A stretch of 64,000 nucleotides of DNA from the human T2T-CHM13v2.0 reference genome, Homo sapiens: the NCBI RefSeq assembly GCF_009914755.1, contig NC_060935.1, one strand, 5' to 3'. Each line of letters opens with the position of its first letter. Within the stretch, counting starts at the first letter, position 1. The position numbers and the translations under genes are program-made. Below are positions 1-14,473 of the stretch, piece after piece. The notes under the pieces were generated by a model. The model had not been told where the DNA came from. It did no database searches and saw nothing but the letters and a program-made list of their open reading frames with translations.

Positions 1-139
1 CTCATGAGAGAACTTGAACCAGAGGCACTCAGCTAAGCCACTTTCAGATTCTTGACCCACAGAAACTGAGATAAAAAATGTTTGTTGTTTTAAGCTGCTT
101 AGTTTTGGGGTAATTTTTTTATGTAGAAGAAGCTAACTA
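1..139 (+). mobile_element. MLT1-family (ERVL-MaLR) LTR, 3' end
   Basis: cagctaagccac...ttgacccacagaaactgagataa...tgtttgttgttttaagctgct.agttttggggtaatt matches the MLT1 LTR end. Confidence 0.75.
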
Positions 140-344
140 TGTTATGATATTTTTTTTAGAATGGAGGTGCTTGGTGTTAAATGATAAATAGATACAGCTT
201 TCTAAACCTTCAAATCTTATTTATGAAAGTACATTTATAGCCTTATATGTTTGAGGGTGTAAATATAGTTAGGAAAAATGTTGAAATTAAGTATTTTCAC
301 TAGCCATCCTAAATGGCATCTGGCCATTTGAATGAATGAAAAAT

Positions 345-500
345 AGCTAATAACAATAGATAACATGTATTGAACTCTTTCTCTGTTTCAGAAACTATCC
401 TAAGCATGTTATGGACATTGTATCATTTAGTCCTTACAGAATTGTATTGAGTACTTCAGACTTTAAAACCAAATCACTTTGACTCCAATTTAGCCATTGT
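345..500 (-). mobile_element. MIR fragment
   Basis: taacatgtattgaactc...ctaagcat...tcatttagtccttaca resembles the MIR 3' end in reverse. Confidence 0.55.
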
Positions 501-686
501 ACTAACCATACTGTGATCAGGTAACTTCTGAGGTATAGAAATTCATGTGTTAAACATCTGAGGGATTCTTAAATTTTGATGGATGCTGGAGATATAGTGG
601 TGAGCAAAGGGAGACAGAACCTCAGATCTCATGCCACTTACAACATTTTGAAGTACATAGACATTAATACAATAAATACATATTTA

Positions 687-1058
<372 letters not shown>

Positions 1059-1686
1059 TAAAAGCAAGTTTTTATTGTTGAAGAGCAATGGTATGCTTAC
1101 AAACTGAAAGAAGGGCAACAAGGTTATAGCACAGAAAACAAAAAGAAGAGTGGTGTGAGATTAGGCTGGAAAGATATGCATGGGCCAGACTAGCAAGGCC
1201 TTGGAAGGTGATGTTTTATTCTACTTCCTAAGGGAAGCTATCGAAAAGTTTTTAACAGATATTATGTTAAGGTTTTCTTTTTGAAAATATCATTGTAGTT
1301 AAAATATGGACATTGTAGACATGCCATAGTGGCTATGGGGAGACTCTTAGGAAGCTGTTGAAATAACCAAACAAAAAAGATGGACTAAGGTATTGGCAAA
1401 AGTTTTTTCAGAAATGGAGAGAAATAGACTTGAAAGATGGTTACAGGATAAAATCAACAGGACTTGGTGAGAAAATTGATTACCAGGGGGTTGGGGAGAA
1501 GGCATTGTTAAGAATGGTGAAAAGATTTCCTACTTGCCTATCTGTGTGTATGATGATGCTATTTATTAAGGGTACAGAACATTAATAGGAAGGGGGACAC
1601 ATTTGGTGGTAAAACTCATTAGTTAGCTTTTGCCGAATTTGAGATATGTTTGAGACATCCAAGTTTGGAATGTTGAGAAAGATGTA

Positions 1687-1926
1687 CAGGTTGAACATCC
1701 CTAATCTGAAAATCCAAAATCAGAAATGCTCCAAAATCTGACGCTTTTTGAATGCCTATAAGATGCTTGAAGGTCATGCTCAAAGGAAATGCTCATTTGG
1801 AGCATTTCAGATTTTGGATATTTGGATTAGCGTTGCTCAGCCAGTGTAATGGAATTATGTTATTCTAAATTCTGAAATATGAAACACTTCTGATCTCAAG
1901 CATTTCAGATCAGGATACTCAACCTG
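1687..1926. mobile_element. Tigger4a/MER46A MITE (TcMar-Tigger)
   Basis: TIRs caggttgaacatcc / ggatactcaacctg flanked by TA; internal palindrome aaatgctccaaaatc...ggagcatttcagattttgga. Confidence 0.88.
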
Positions 1927-2461
1927 TATTAGATTGGATCACACAGAACTCCAGGCCAGAGATAAGAATGTTCAAGGAATGGGCAAATATATGGTAATTG
2001 ATGTAATGGTTAAGAATGCCTTGTGAGAGGGAGTGAGAAGAGAAGAAGGCCTAGAAGTTGAGGAACTCCAATATTAACTGGCCAAACTGAAGAGGATAAC
2101 CTACAAAGGATATAGTAGAAGGATTCTTTCACTCATTTATTTATTTATTCAACAGATATTTATCAAGTGCCTATTATATACCAGGCACAAATATGGAATC
2201 CAGGGATATAGCAGGGATAAGATAGTCAAGATCTTTGCTGTCATGGAACCTAAACTGTAGTAGAAAGTACGTAAATAAACATAAATACTTTAGATAGGTA
2301 CAGGTACTAAAAGGAAATAGAAAAGGATTATGTGACTGAGGAAGGGAAGACTAGAAGAGGAACAAGGCTTTTGAGGAAAATCAAGAACTTCCTTCTTTTT
2401 AGCCATGCTACTTTTGAGGTATCTATATCCAAATCCAAGTGATTAATAGGGGCTGCTGCAT

Positions 2462-3699
2462 GCTAGTAAATAGCACCACCATTCACCCAAATTGGCAGGC
2501 TCAAACTTCCAGCAGCTTTTTTCTTTCTTTCGTTCTTTCTTTCTCTTTCTTTTTCTTTCTTTCTTTTTCTTTCTTTCTTTCTTTCTCTTTCTTTCTTTCT
2601 TTTTCTTTCTTTCTTTCTTTCTTCTTTCTCCTCTCTCTTTCTCCTTTCTTCCTTCCTTCCTTCCTTGCTTCCTTCTTTCTCTTTTTCTTTTCCCTTCCTT
2701 CCTTCCTTCCCTCCCTCCACCCCTCCCTCCTTTCCTCCCTCTGTCCCCCTTTCCCTTTCCCTCCCCCTCCCCCTTCCCTTCCCCCTCCTTCTCCCCTTCC
2801 CTTCCCCTCCCCTCCCCTCTCCCTCCTCCTGCCTCTTCTCTCCCCTCTCCCTCCCTCCCCCTTCCCTCCCCTCCCCTCTCCTGTTCTCTCCTCTCCTTTC
2901 CTTTCCTTTTTCTCTCTCTCTTTCTTATACTCCATATTCAGTCCATTAGCAGCTCCTGACTACTCCATCTTTAACATTTGTGCTCAATATGATTACTTCA
3001 ATTATATGCACTATTTCTTTACTCTAAGCCACCATTTTCTCTTGCCTAGACTATTGGAGTAACCTCTGTTCTGATCTCCCAGCTTCCAATCTTGTCCCCA
3101 TATAATCTGGTATTCACATTGCAGCCCGAATGATCTTTTAAAAACCAAAATTATTTGATCATATGCTCCAGTTGTTTCCTATAATATCGACACAGTTTAC
3201 CATGGCAATAATGCTCTATATGATCTAGTCACTTTTTTGACTGCATTTTGGAATGCTCTTTCCCTCTACTTCAGCTTCACTGGCCAAGACTCCGCTATTC
3301 CTTGAAGATATCAGTATTATTCCAGACTTCAGGGCATTTGCATTTGCTGTTTTTTCACTTGGAATGCTCTTCCCCCATATTTTCACTTAGCTTGCTCCCT
3401 CACTTCATACCAGTCTCTGTTCAGCTGTGATCTTATGAAAGAGGTTTTCCCTGACCACCCTATATAAATAAGCCTTCTTTGACACCTGCCTATCATTCTG
3501 TATTCCCTTAGCCCATTTTTATTTTTCTTCATTTCACTTATCATCTAATATGTTCTTGTTTATTATTTTTTCTTTCCCTCTAGAATGCAAAGACCTTGTC
3601 TGTCTTATTAATGTCTGCATCCCAACAGCCAAGAATAATGCCTGGTATATAATATGTGGGTTCCATAAACATTTTTTTTTAGTGAATGAATGAATGAAT
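2462..3699 (+). mobile_element. L2a LINE 3' portion carrying an internal pyrimidine expansion
   Basis: L2 motifs cagggcatttgcatttgctgtt...ggaatgctcttcccc and gaggttttccctgaccaccc; ends in tgaatgaatgaatgaat. Confidence 0.8.
2517..2925. repeat. ~410-bp polypyrimidine/polypurine low-complexity tract (TTTC, TTCC, TCCC, CCCCT units)
   Basis: Nearly pure C/T on the + strand. Confidence 0.97.
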
Positions 3700-4519
3700 A
3701 TATAAGTCTGGAGCTCAGAGGAGATTTCAGTGCTGAAATGTAAATTTAGTAGTCAATAGCATATAAATGGTCATTTAAACTGTAGGACTGGATGAAATTA
3801 TCAAGAGATAGTATGGAGCCAAACCAGAAAAGGGACCCAGATTCAAGCCTTTCGCTGATTTTTCATTTATAAATCAGATTAGAAGGACCCAACAAGTTAG
3901 GAGGAAAACCAGGAGAGACATATCATTGAAACTAAGAGAGGAAATGTTCTAAGGACACAGCTTTGTTGGATAATGCTTACAGGCTGGATTAAGATGTGTT
4001 TGTAAATTAACCATTGGATTTGCAAAGATGAAGATTGTTTTGTGGCTTTTAAGAGTTATTTCAGTGGAGTGGTTGGGGTAGAAATCAGACTGGAGTATGA
4101 CAGGTGAGGTAGGGAGAGTGAAGTAGACTCCTTTGAGAAGTCTTGCTGTGAAGAACAGAGAATTGAATGATCATTGAACGGAGGAAATGTAATCAAGGAA
4201 GGACTTAAGTATTCCCCCAGAGTTTTCTGAATTTGCAATTCATTCATCTTGATTATCTCCCCTTGAGGTCTAGCTGTCATCAGTTAACTGGAGGATTGAT
4301 TCATAATCCCTTTTTGCAAGGTGGCAAAGCTTACCTTTCTCCTCAAACCTATCTACCAAAGTTCTCTTTCTTCTTTAATTTCATTAGAGTCCTTGGTAAA
4401 TGATTCACATTTCTTTTTGTTATAACTCTTCAGTAAATTAAGCCTTTGCCTTTCTTGCTGATTTTACCGTATTATATAACTATCATAGATGATTTCAAAT
4501 GTTAATAGTGATAGAAACT

Positions 4520-4760
4520 GTAATAATATAATACTAACATGTATTGATATTTACTATGTGGGGTCTTTTGAAGAAATTTACATTTTTTTAACTTAATATT
4601 CAAAACAACCATGGGAGGCAGGTGCTATTATTATCCTCAGTAGAGGATCTAAGGATCTGAGGTTCAGAGGGCTTAGGTAATTTCCTCAAGATCATATAGT
4701 TCATAAGTGGCTACAGGTATGATTGTAGAGCTTTTGCTGTTAGCCACCATGCTATTCTGT
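4520..4760 (-). mobile_element. MIR
   Basis: MIR core aggtgctattattatcc...ctgaggttcagagggcttaggtaatttcctcaagatca. Confidence 0.75.
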
Positions 4761-5729
4761 CTTTAAGTTAACAAAGTAAATGTTTCATCTTCTAATTATG
4801 TTAAACTAATATGCCTTTGGTGAATTGTTTTGGTAAAGTTAATACTTCTTTTTCTCCACTTTTATATCTGTTATGTGAATTTATGTCTTAGACTGGATTA
4901 TTGGTAACTCTATTATTTTTACAATAATCAAATGTTAGGGCTAGATGGGACATTTAATTACATAATGAATGGAATAAAAATCTGCTAATCAGATAGATCT
5001 GTTTTCTAAACTGCATTTTTTCTCCTTTGTCTTTTTTGGCCTACCCTGTTGGCTGTGAACTTTATTTTAAAATTCATTTGTGCTTATAACAATAATAAGC
5101 ACTATTTATTCCTTGAGTGGTTTTACAAACCTTAACAAGGCTTACCATTTCCAGAGTGTCAGAGTAGCTATAGCAGGTTTACACTTAAATATACTCTTGG
5201 TTTTATGACATTCCATTTTGACAGTGATGAAGAGCATGCTTATAGGCATCGTTGAAAAGGAATGTTAGAACTGTTTATGTGATAGTTCTACAAGTTTCTT
5301 ACATTTATCTATTATAGAAAGATCTATCATACATGCTTACTTTTCACAGAGTTTATAATATATGCATATGTTTTAATGGTTTGTTATAAATAATATGATT
5401 AGCTGGCAAAAGCTTTTAGCAATTTAAATTTTGGGGTTATTTTAAATTATGAATTTAAACAAGCTCTTTCATTTCAGGTGGTTGGCTAAACCCACTGTGG
5501 CTGATAGTGTTATATAAAGTTGTTTTCTAGTTTTGAAAAGCTAAAAGTTTATGTTTTTATGCTTTCTGTGAAAGTTACTAATACTTGTAACCTAATGAAA
5601 ATGTTTCTACTGCTACAATTGTGGAGAAATTTTGAAAACCTAGATTTAGTCAGTATTTTTCATGCTAACATTGTAAAGAATGTCAGAGGCCATGGAGAGG
5701 ATCTAAGGGAATCAGAGAAAAGGAAGAGG

Positions 5730-5930
5730 AAGTAACATTTTTAGAGTACATTTTATGTTCTAGGCAACTCAGTAATAGGGCAGTATATCATTTCATTCTC
5801 ACAGAAGTCTTTCGAGGTATTATAATTTCCCTTTTACAGATGAGGAAACTGAGGTTGCAGAGGTTAATTATGTTGATAAAGATCATATAGATAAGTAGAA
5901 CTAGGATTGAAATCTAGATCTACTTGATAC
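5730..5930 (-). mobile_element. MIR
   Basis: Core motif ttttacagatgaggaaactgagg. Confidence 0.8.
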
Positions 5931-7129
5931 TTAAGCTTCCTCTTACACTTGTTTTATGGAGTTGTTCTTGGGCCTTCTTAAACAGGTAATTATTCTATGT
6001 CATAGCAGAATTCTTGATAGAATTATGATATTTAAATTTTTATTTACTCAGCTATCATAAACATAAAAATACTATACTACTATATAAGCTTGCAGGTCTT
6101 TTGAATATAAAAACTAAACTGCATGTTGACTCATTTATCAGAGTTCTGTAGAATAATTAAAAGTAATTATAGGAGGTGTTTTTTAAGTGTATGTAGTCAT
6201 TTGTATTATTTGAAAGCTTAGACAGCTTTTATAGCAGTTTGCTTCCAGACCATGCTCATTGATGCATTGAAGAGATACCCGTGAACCACCTTGTCTACTC
6301 CCATACAGCTGATTTATCTTTGTAGCAGTCCCTGAGTTAGAGAATCTTCCCTACTACCTCTGCTATAGTTTTCAGTAAATTGGGCAAGATCAAATGTTTC
6401 CTGGAGATAATTTCCTTAGCTCTTGTATTAGATCCCAACAGTAAATACATTATTGACTGATGTGAACACAGAAAGCATCTCAAACTTTTTGTTGATCAGA
6501 GCATAGCTCAGTTGTTTTAGGAATTCCAGATAAAATGACAGTAATGTATTGTGATTATTTCCTTCTTTTGAAATGAACTTGAATATACTTTTATGTTTAT
6601 TTGTAAAATAACATTTCAAAGATCACATTGTGCTTATTTTTACAGTGGCCTCTGGCTGAAAGCAATAAAGTTCTGTCCTGGGTGGAACTAGGCTAGTTGC
6701 AGTTTCTCAAATTTCTTCAATGAGATGCTTTGCTTTTGTGAAAATAAGTCATATTGTCCACTGCCACCTTTGTTTACTTCTCCATTTTATCCCCTCTTGG
6801 TTACAGAAATTAGCTACTACAAATAAAATGCCAAGATTTTATAATTTTCTATGTTTAAATTTGCAAGTAAAAAGTTCTGTTGAAACATTTGTAAGATCAA
6901 ACTAATGTGAGATAAATATGACTGATATTCAGAAGTTGATTAATCTAACTTTCAGTACTGTACCTATTACATAAAGTATGATTAATCTCTATGTGCAAGT
7001 ATATAAACAAATTTTGAGTATAAAATCATAATCTAAAATTTTGTTTTATATTTAATGGAGTGTTCAAATACTTTGTAATAAAAACAATGGATGACTAAAA
7101 TGATTGAATAAGTTATCAAATAGAGCTTT

Positions 7130-7694
7130 GTAAACTAGGGTTCATAGTTGCAAATAATAGAAATCAACTCTGGATATTTTAAGAACTAAAAAAAAAATTG
7201 AAACGTTACTGAGAAGCTTACAGAATCACTGAGAGGGTTGTAGAACTAGGCTCAATAAAAGGATCAGAATAGGAGAGGTTAGGCAGCAAATAGGACCACA
7301 ACCAAAATCACAGCACATCAGTCTGGTGAATACATGCATGGCTACCACCAAAAATGAACACTCACTTGCCCCTCACGTTAGCCAATGAATGCTGTCTCTT
7401 CCACTGCTATCTAAGAACCTCGATGTTGCTACCATCAGTTTCCAGAATGGATTCTCTGATACTCCCCTCTGCATCATTATCTCCCAGTTTAAAGATGGGT
7501 GTTTCTGAGTAGCTGACCTAAGGTCACATACTAATACTGTAACTACAAGAATAGTTGGGAAAGTGAGGATTGGATATTTTCAGATTGTGTGGAGAACTAA
7601 GCTCTGTGGTCTATCAACACTCCTCAGGTAGGTAATTTCTAAGTGTAGGAAAGTTCAGATGTTGGGTGGCCAAAAATGTACAGATATCCACTAC
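7130..7694 (-). mobile_element. Ancient MLT1 (J/K/L-like) LTR
   Basis: Starts agggttcatagttgcaaataatagaaatcaactctgg and ends gatatccactaca. Confidence 0.55.
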
Positions 7695-8505
7695 ATTTCC
7701 TTGTGATAGCATCTAAGTTCTTTCCATTTCATTCTTTTATAAATTCTTTTAACATTATTGTTGCATAAGAGAAAAAGGCATAAATTATTTTAAAATTTTA
7801 GATTCAGAGACTTGGTTGGACACATGATATTACTCTGGATGTTCTTAGACGTTTCAGGCCATTTCAACCTTATTTTAGTTATTACTTTAACAAGTTTCTG
7901 CAAAGTTGTGGTTGTATTAATAGCAAACATACTAATAGTGCTATTTGAGCATTATCAGATATCATAAACATAGTATTCTATCCCTTCTTCTGAAAGATAT
8001 ATCAACATTTCCCTAGATATATCCTTATCTTTGTACTCACTTTGGAGAATGAGCTCTAAAAGTATAATGGAAGGAACAAAAACTTTAGAGCCAGATTTGG
8101 GATCAGATGTGACCTCTGTCACTCTGTCATCATCATTTGGTATCTAACATTAGCAGTTATTCTCATTTTAGATATGATAAAACTGAATCATAGAGAGGTT
8201 AAGTAGCTCAAGACTTTTAAATTAAACATGAACGATTAAACATTAAAAAGTATCCAGAAAAATTAACTTACTTTTTTTCTAAATGTAGTATAAATATTTT
8301 TAGTGCATCTCAAGTATGCAGTGACTTAGATACCCATATTCCAATTACAGATGTCTAATTTTTTAACTTACATACAGGAACAGGTAATCATGTTAGATCA
8401 GTTTGTCTCAGTTCCTTGTGTTTTATGTTTAGAATGTTGGGGATATTTTGTTCATATTCTAAATAACTATTTGTTATACCCTTCCACCATCATTTAATAT
8501 GTTAA

Positions 8506-8830
<325 letters not shown>

Positions 8831-9034
8831 TTTACTTTGATTTTTTAACCTTACAACACCCCTTGTACTTGTATAATGTCATTTTTACAGATGTGGGAAA
8901 TTAGGAATATAGATTAAAAATGACATAGTTATAAGGCTATAGTTTAGTTCTCACAGAGAAACTCAGTCATATAAGTTAAGCGTTTTTGTTCCCAAATGAT
9001 AGTCATAGTAGTAAAAGAAATTTTTAAATTTCAC

Positions 9035-9575
9035 TTATTTATTCAGAAAGTGCTTACTGAGCGCCTAGTGTGTTCTGTGCACTGACTTAAGTGCTGGAGA
9101 TACCTAAGTAAATCAGACGATTTCTGCTGTCATGGAGCTTATACACTTATAGAGGGAAGTAGAAAATAAATGTAAAAAATATTTTCACCTTTTGATAAGT
9201 AAGTGCTGTGGAGGAAAATTAAGCAAGGAAGGGTAAAGGGGAATTCTAGGGGTTAGGAAAGGGGAGTTATAATTTTAAACAGAATTATTGAGGAAGACAT
9301 CACTAGGAAGGTGACATCTGAGCAACAAAAGACCTAAAGGAGGTATGGGAAGGAGACATGCGGATGTCTTGGAGAAGAACATTATAGGTAGAGAGAAGAG
9401 CGAAAGTCCAAGGCCCTGAGAATGCAGCATGTCTGACACGTTCAAGGTGAGGCAAGGTGCAGGTGGGGGGCAGTATGTTGAAAGCAAGGTAAGCAAAGGG
9501 AAGAGTAAAAGGAAATGAGATGAAAATAATGAAAAAGCATACGAAAGCAAGTGATTTTTTCTTGGGTCTAGATTT
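9035..9575 (-). mobile_element. L2 fragment
   Basis: tttattcagaaagtgcttactgagcgcctag, catggagcttataca, gaaggtgacatctgagcaa, caaggccctgag. Confidence 0.75.
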
Positions 9576-9914
9576 CATACTGGTACCTAACTTTGCTTAA
9601 TTTTTCTGTTGTTAATAGGAGCTGTTAATGCCCAGTCAATATATCAGAGAATGGAGTTTGAGCAACTATAGTTTAATGAGGCAATTAAATTGAGAACCGT
9701 GGCTTTAGACTAGTTCAATATGAAGAACAGATTAAATGTACTCTGAGGAACTGCCTTTTAATTATAGATTTTTGAGATTCATTTTAGTGTCATTTTTTTC
9801 ATGGTTAAACAACATGGAGAGGAAAGTAATGATCTTATAAAATAGAAGTGTTCAAGATAACTTACTAGGATGGATCATCTGTGTTTGCCAAATCAAACAG
9901 GGCAATTTAAAATA

Positions 9915-10131
9915 CAGTTGTTCCTTGGTATACATGGGAGATTGGTTCCAGGACTCTTGAGTATATCCAAATCTGCACATACTCAGGTCCTACATTAGAC
10001 CCTGCAGAACCCACGTATACAAGTTTCACATCCTGAACTTACTGTATTTTCAGCCCGTGTTTGGTTGAAGAAAAGCCATGTATATAAGTGGACTTCTACA
10101 GTTCAAACCTGTGTTGTTCAAGAGTCAACTG
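9915..10131. mobile_element. MER8 (TcMar-Tigger MITE) with a small internal deletion
   Basis: TA|cagttgttccttggtatac...gattggttccaggac...cagttcaaacctgtgttgttcaagagtcaactg with cagttg/caactg TIRs. Confidence 0.85.
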
Positions 10132-11324
10132 TGTATCAGGTTAGCATATAAACCTGTTTTGTTTTGCCTACCATAAAACACTGATCTTTAGATTGATACA
10201 ATTGCTGTTTTATTCATTGGTTCATATACACCTAATGAGATTGCTATTTTAATTTTCATTGTTAAGACACACTTAAATTCCTAATACTTAAAAACGTATA
10301 TGAAAAATTTATTTTCACAAATCGATATACCTATTTTTTGAACAGTAGTATGCATATTGCTTTACAAAATGACAGTGTAAAAATGGCATTCAGATTCCCG
10401 TTTCTAAGATGCTTGAACATTTTGATTTTTACTCATTAGAAGTTTAATTGTTATTAGTCAACAAGGAGAAACAATGAGGAACTTACAGAGGAGTGTCAGT
10501 TGTATTGAAAGATTAGGAGTGAATGTTTTATCTTGTAAAAAGATATCTCAGCCCCTAGGATGGTCTACAGAAATGACAATAAGCTCCGATTCTTATTTTA
10601 ATTTTTTATTTTTTCTGTTTCTCTGTCTCCTGTCTTTTCCTGCGCATTCTCTCTTTTACTCCCAACCTCTCTTGTTTATTTCTTTGGATCCGTCAAAGTT
10701 GGAAATTGAACAGTATTTCTGATATATTATGTAGTATGAGTTCTGAAATCTTGGTGAATTAAATTCATGAATGCTACCATAGTGATTTTATTAAGGTGTG
10801 GCTTTTGATTACATGTTCTTCAAGCTAGGGTTATGGGAGTCAGCTAGTAGGTAGGCTTAGTTTGATTGTCCTACTTTAACATTTGTTTTTCCTTCTTGAA
10901 ATAACTTTCATGAAGTTAGATACAGGCTTTTGTACAGGATCATTTTGTGGGAAATGGTGGGTCTGAAAAGTAAGCCATTGGTATTGATAAAAGCAGAGAG
11001 AAAATGAAAAAGAAAAAAGGTAGGAAAGATGTGCCTTTTAGCCAATAAATAGAAGTTTAAAAGACATGAAAGAATGAGATGTAATTTTTTTAGGAGCTCT
11101 AATTTAGCCATGAACACAGCCACCATTACTCTGCAGAAAGGGAAAAAAAGGGGATTCTGTTTCAGAATTTGCTGTATTAAAAACTATTTGAGAAAGAGAA
11201 CACTTTATTGAAAATTGAAAATTATTGGCTAACATTCAGTGTGAGGGTATGTCGAAGTACCATCCGACTAAAAACAAATTAAGTGTAGTCGTGAGTCAAA
11301 CATATTGTTTCTTCCAAAATTTAA

Positions 11325-11643
<319 letters not shown>

Positions 11644-11649
11644 AATTTT

Positions 11650-12310
11650 ATGTGTTGATAACAATCTTGCTGAACTTACTGTTTCTTATAACTTATAGGT
11701 TGTTCTTCTTGGGATTACCAAGTAAATGTCCTTTGCAGTAGTGACACTTTTTCTTTCTTTTCAATCTAAGATTTTGCTTTTTTCTCTGATTGTGTAAAGT
11801 TAGCACTTCTAAAACAATACTCTCAGCATGTATTGCATGATTACATACTTTTTCTTCTTATATTAATAATATGAAGTATATTAATTGAATGCTCAATATT
11901 GAATTAATCTTGAACTTCTGGAATATGTCATATAATTCTATTCTTTTAAATGAGTTATTATGAAAAATTTTAACCATACAGAAAAGTTGAAATTTATTCG
12001 GTGGAAATCTGTATATCCTCTGTCTTAATTTAACAATTAACATTTTGCTATATCTCCTCTTTTTTTTTGTTAGACCACTTGAAGCTGTTTTTGAGAATAC
12101 AGATTCCAATACAACCACAAAAACCTTACCACATCTAAGAAAATTAATACTGATTCTATCTTATGTAATATCTGTTCTTTATTTAAGTTTCCCGAAATAT
12201 CCCCAAAATATCTTTTATAGCTTTCATTTTTTTCCAAACCAGGCAAGGTTTATACATTCATTGCATGCGGTTATGTCTCTTTCATCTCTTTCAATCTAGA
12301 ATAGCCCACC
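11650..12310 (-). mobile_element. Degenerate old L1M (L1ME-like) fragments
   Basis: aatcttgctgaacttact and ttattatgaaaaattttaaccatacagaaaagttgaaa resemble the L1ME 3' end. Confidence 0.5.
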
Positions 12311-12854
12311 CCATCATCTTTTCTTCTGTTGGACAGTTATACTAATATGCAGAGATGATGTCATATTTTTCACTACAGAAAAAGCACTCATAAATATGTA
12401 TAAATGTATATCGATCATAATGCTTGAGAAGGAATGGGCATTGGACCCATACCTCTGCACTCTGGCTTGAAGGAAGATGAAAAGTTTCTAGATACAACAG
12501 AGGAAATGATAATATAGAGAAGTCCAGGAGGTACAAAGTCTGTGTGACAAAGATAGAAAGTAGAGGAATGTGATACAAAGGGAGAAATAAAACCTTTGAA
12601 TCTTGGAGCTATATAATAAATGTTAAGATTCTTCATACTGAGGTTGTGAAGCAGGACAATAGTGAAGAGGAATACTGAAGAAATTATAGGAGTTTTAAAA
12701 ATGATTACAAGATATATCCTATATAGAGAGAATATTACAATTTCTGGTGAAAACTATCAAATATAAGGGGATATTCTCCAGAACGAAAAGGTGAAAGAAA
12801 ACACCTCATTGGCACTATGTAGAAGAAATGGGTTGTAATTATCCACCACTGCAC

Positions 12855-13031
12855 CTGCCAGCCACGAATGGCTGTTTAAACTTCAGTTAAACTAGTTAAA
12901 ATTACATAAAATAAAAAATCTAGTCCCTCAGTCACACTGACCACATTTCAAGTGCTCAATAGCTATACATAGCTAGTGGCTCCATATTAGAGTGTTTTCA
13001 TCATCGAAAAAAGTTTAACTGGCCATCACTG
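12855..13031. mobile_element. MER3 (hAT-Charlie)
   Basis: ccctcagtcacactgaccacatttcaagtgctcaatagc...gctagtggct core. Confidence 0.8.
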
Positions 13032-13230
13032 CAATAGATTCAATATAAAGGTATGCTGGCTTTTAGGGTACACATTCAAGGTTTGGTAGGGAGCCTATTA
13101 AAACTGATCAAAATCCTTGATTGTTATTTAGTCTGGATGAATCACATAGGGGATAATGACAGTGAGGAAGAGAACACGGAAGCATATTTAGAGTCCTCAC
13201 AAAAAATCTGGATGTGCTGGGAATAATAGG

Positions 13231-13231
<1 letters not shown>

Positions 13232-13271
<40 letters not shown>
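13232..13271. repeat. (TG)20 microsatellite
   Basis: Perfect dinucleotide run. Confidence 0.98.
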
Positions 13272-13272
<1 letters not shown>

Positions 13273-13699
13273 CTCCTTATTGTTGATTGACACAGTGGAA
13301 CAATGAAGGAAGATAGTAGAAGACAAGTAATCTAGTTTTACCTGTGCTCTTCTCTCTTGCAAGGTAGAAGGCTAAGCCTTTGATCCAGGCTGGAGGCCCT
13401 GAAACTGGGATTGATAGGATGGGCTTATTACTGTGGCCCTGAACTGAAGCCCAGTTGAGGGCGGCATGGGAAGCAAGGCATGAACACAGCCTTGATAAAC
13501 AAAATGAGTAAAGGATGCACAGTTAAGAGCCAAAAAGAGAATAGCCTGAACGTGTAGAAGGAAACTAAAGCTACAAGGGAGTTAAAAGCTGGTTGAAGTG
13601 AGTGTTTTGGGGGTTTTCTGTGAATTAATAATTTTGAAGAGGAAACAGCCCTGGTGCGTGGGGCACATTTTCGTAGAGAACACAAAGAAAAGAAAACCT

Positions 13700-14220
13700 C
13701 TTTGGTACATATTTTCTTTCAGTATTTTTGGGCAAGGAGAATGATGTACTTTTTACTGACAAGAGTATAACTAAAGTTGCCATTAACAGAAATAAAGCCC
13801 AGTTATCATAAAGGAACTGAAGTCCAAGATTAAAGAAGATTATAGAAAAGTACTTGATTGATTGTTCATAAACATATTCAAATATCCCAATACAGATGAA
13901 TTTTGTCCTAGGGTATTGAGATAACTTACAAAGGAGATTAGCAAACAGACTATATATTTTTTTAAGACACTATAGAGAAGGAGAGAGGTTCTGGAATACT
14001 GGAGATAGATACATGCCATTCTGATTTTCAGAAGGGAGAAATGAAGGTTCCACAAACAATAAATCAATTGGTTTGACATTGACCTTAGAAAAGATTAAAG
14101 GGGTGGGTTTTGATCATCTGAGAGAGATAGTAGTGGTCACTAAGAAAAGATTAAAGAAGTGGGTTCTGAACACCCAAGAGAGGTAGTAGTGGTCATTAGG
14201 AGTTAGTATGGGCTCATGGT
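13700..14220 (+). mobile_element. L3/CR1 LINE ORF2 remnant
   Basis: Degenerate trace of CR1 motifs (..PRVL.EL.., EV.E.WR, .IF.KG, SLT..) at 13880-14095. Confidence 0.65.
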
Positions 14221-14234
14221 GCATAATTGTGACA

Positions 14235-14430
14235 GATTGACTTTTCAAGTCCACCATGTACTAGCTGTGCAACATTGAGTAATTTGCTTCATCTATCTGG
14301 GTCTCAGCTTTCTTATCTTTAAAATGAAAATAAAAATAATATTTATTACATAGGCTCGTAATAAAGAATAAATGAATTTACATTTGTAAAACATTTAGAA
14401 CGAAATGTGATACATAAAAAGCACAATGTC
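14235..14430 (+). mobile_element. MIR
   Basis: tactagctgtgcaacattgagtaa...tctgggtctcagctttcttatctttaaaatg. Confidence 0.75.
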
Positions 14431-14473
14431 AGTGATAGATAAATAGCTAGAGAGAGACCAACAGGCTGCCTTC

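Larger units (their letters stand above)
2128..4200 (-). mobile_element. Second antisense L2 (2128-2461 and 3700-4200), split by a sense L2
   Basis: Reverse L2 tail tcactcatttatt...caacagatatttatcaagtgcctattat at 2128; the sequence resumes at 3700 with atataagtctggagctcagaggaga. Confidence 0.65.

Noticed and set aside
2439-3062. Several long ORFs (up to 207 aa) rich in F/S/L/P or K/E/R/G
   Set aside because: Artefacts of the stop-free pyrimidine/purine tract.
5478-5520. Acceptor-like tctttcatttcag|GTG in unique sequence
   Set aside because: No convincing paired donor or recognisable peptide; such sites are frequent in AT-rich introns.
6646-6700. Acceptor ttatttttacag followed by AATAAA (possible cryptic terminal exon)
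   Set aside because: Motif-only evidence that cannot be told from chance without transcript data.
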